64,000 nt of DNA, from the NCBI GenBank assembly GCA_951406725.2, contig OX597822.1:91946001-92010000 (forward strand). The letters run 5' to 3'. The DNA comes from Octopus vulgaris (taxonomy: Eukaryota). Below the pieces are notes generated by a model. The model was not told the origin of the DNA and ran no database searches. It saw only the letters and a program-made list of their open reading frames with translations. Of the stretch, positions 63,672 through 64,000 are shown in pieces. The first letter of the stretch is position 1, and each line of letters opens with the position of its first letter. Made by a program: the position numbers and the translations under genes.

Positions 63672-64000
63672 GTACTAGAGTTGATGGTATTGACTAACTC
63701 CATCACTTCAGAATGACTGGCCTAGTACCTAAATTAGAAATTATTATTTTTAGTTTAAACTTTTGACTGGAGTTAGTAAAATATGCTAAATTGTTGATTT
63801 CATATTGTGTGTGTGTGTGTGTGTGCTTCTGTTTTTACAACAATTTCATTGCTTCAATTTTGTGTGTTGTCATACATCTTATTCCTGAATAAGCATAATG
63901 TATGGGCTAAGACAATGTACAAGGTGGGTCAGAATTCATGACTCACTTGTTAGTTATATTTATTGATATGCATGTAAGCACACAAATGTACAAAGTTAAT

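Overview
AT-rich, repeat-dense eukaryotic (animal) genomic DNA, most likely a coleoid cephalopod such as Octopus; this is inferred from the SINE/RTE/Penelope repeat repertoire and (TA)n/(TAA)n microsatellites and is not verified. The only host gene I can support is a + strand polypeptide N-acetylgalactosaminyltransferase, GALNT11/pgant35A-like. Seven GT-AG coding exons (42517-60623, 1191 nt, 397 codons) splice in frame to give the TM anchor, the GT-A fold with DSH motif and the WGGEN motif; the lectin domain must lie beyond the window. The rest is transposable elements: RTE-X, RTE/BovB, CR1, Tx1 and R4/Dong LINEs, Penelope-like elements, Gypsy remnants and a solo LTR, mariner, pogo/Tigger, hAT, Merlin, piggyBac-type and Helitron-type non-autonomous elements, and tRNA-derived SINEs. 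The main finding is five type I hammerhead-ribozyme motifs plus one decayed candidate. One of them is the 3' module of a 255-bp tRNA-headed SINE with a 12-bp target-site duplication, lying sense in a GALNT11 intron, which suggests a Pol III-driven, Penelope-mobilised ribozyme SINE. Also notable are a permuted hAT/LINE locus straddling the first coding exon and several template-switch type duplications. Most ORFs in the supplied track are microsatellite or antisense artefacts.
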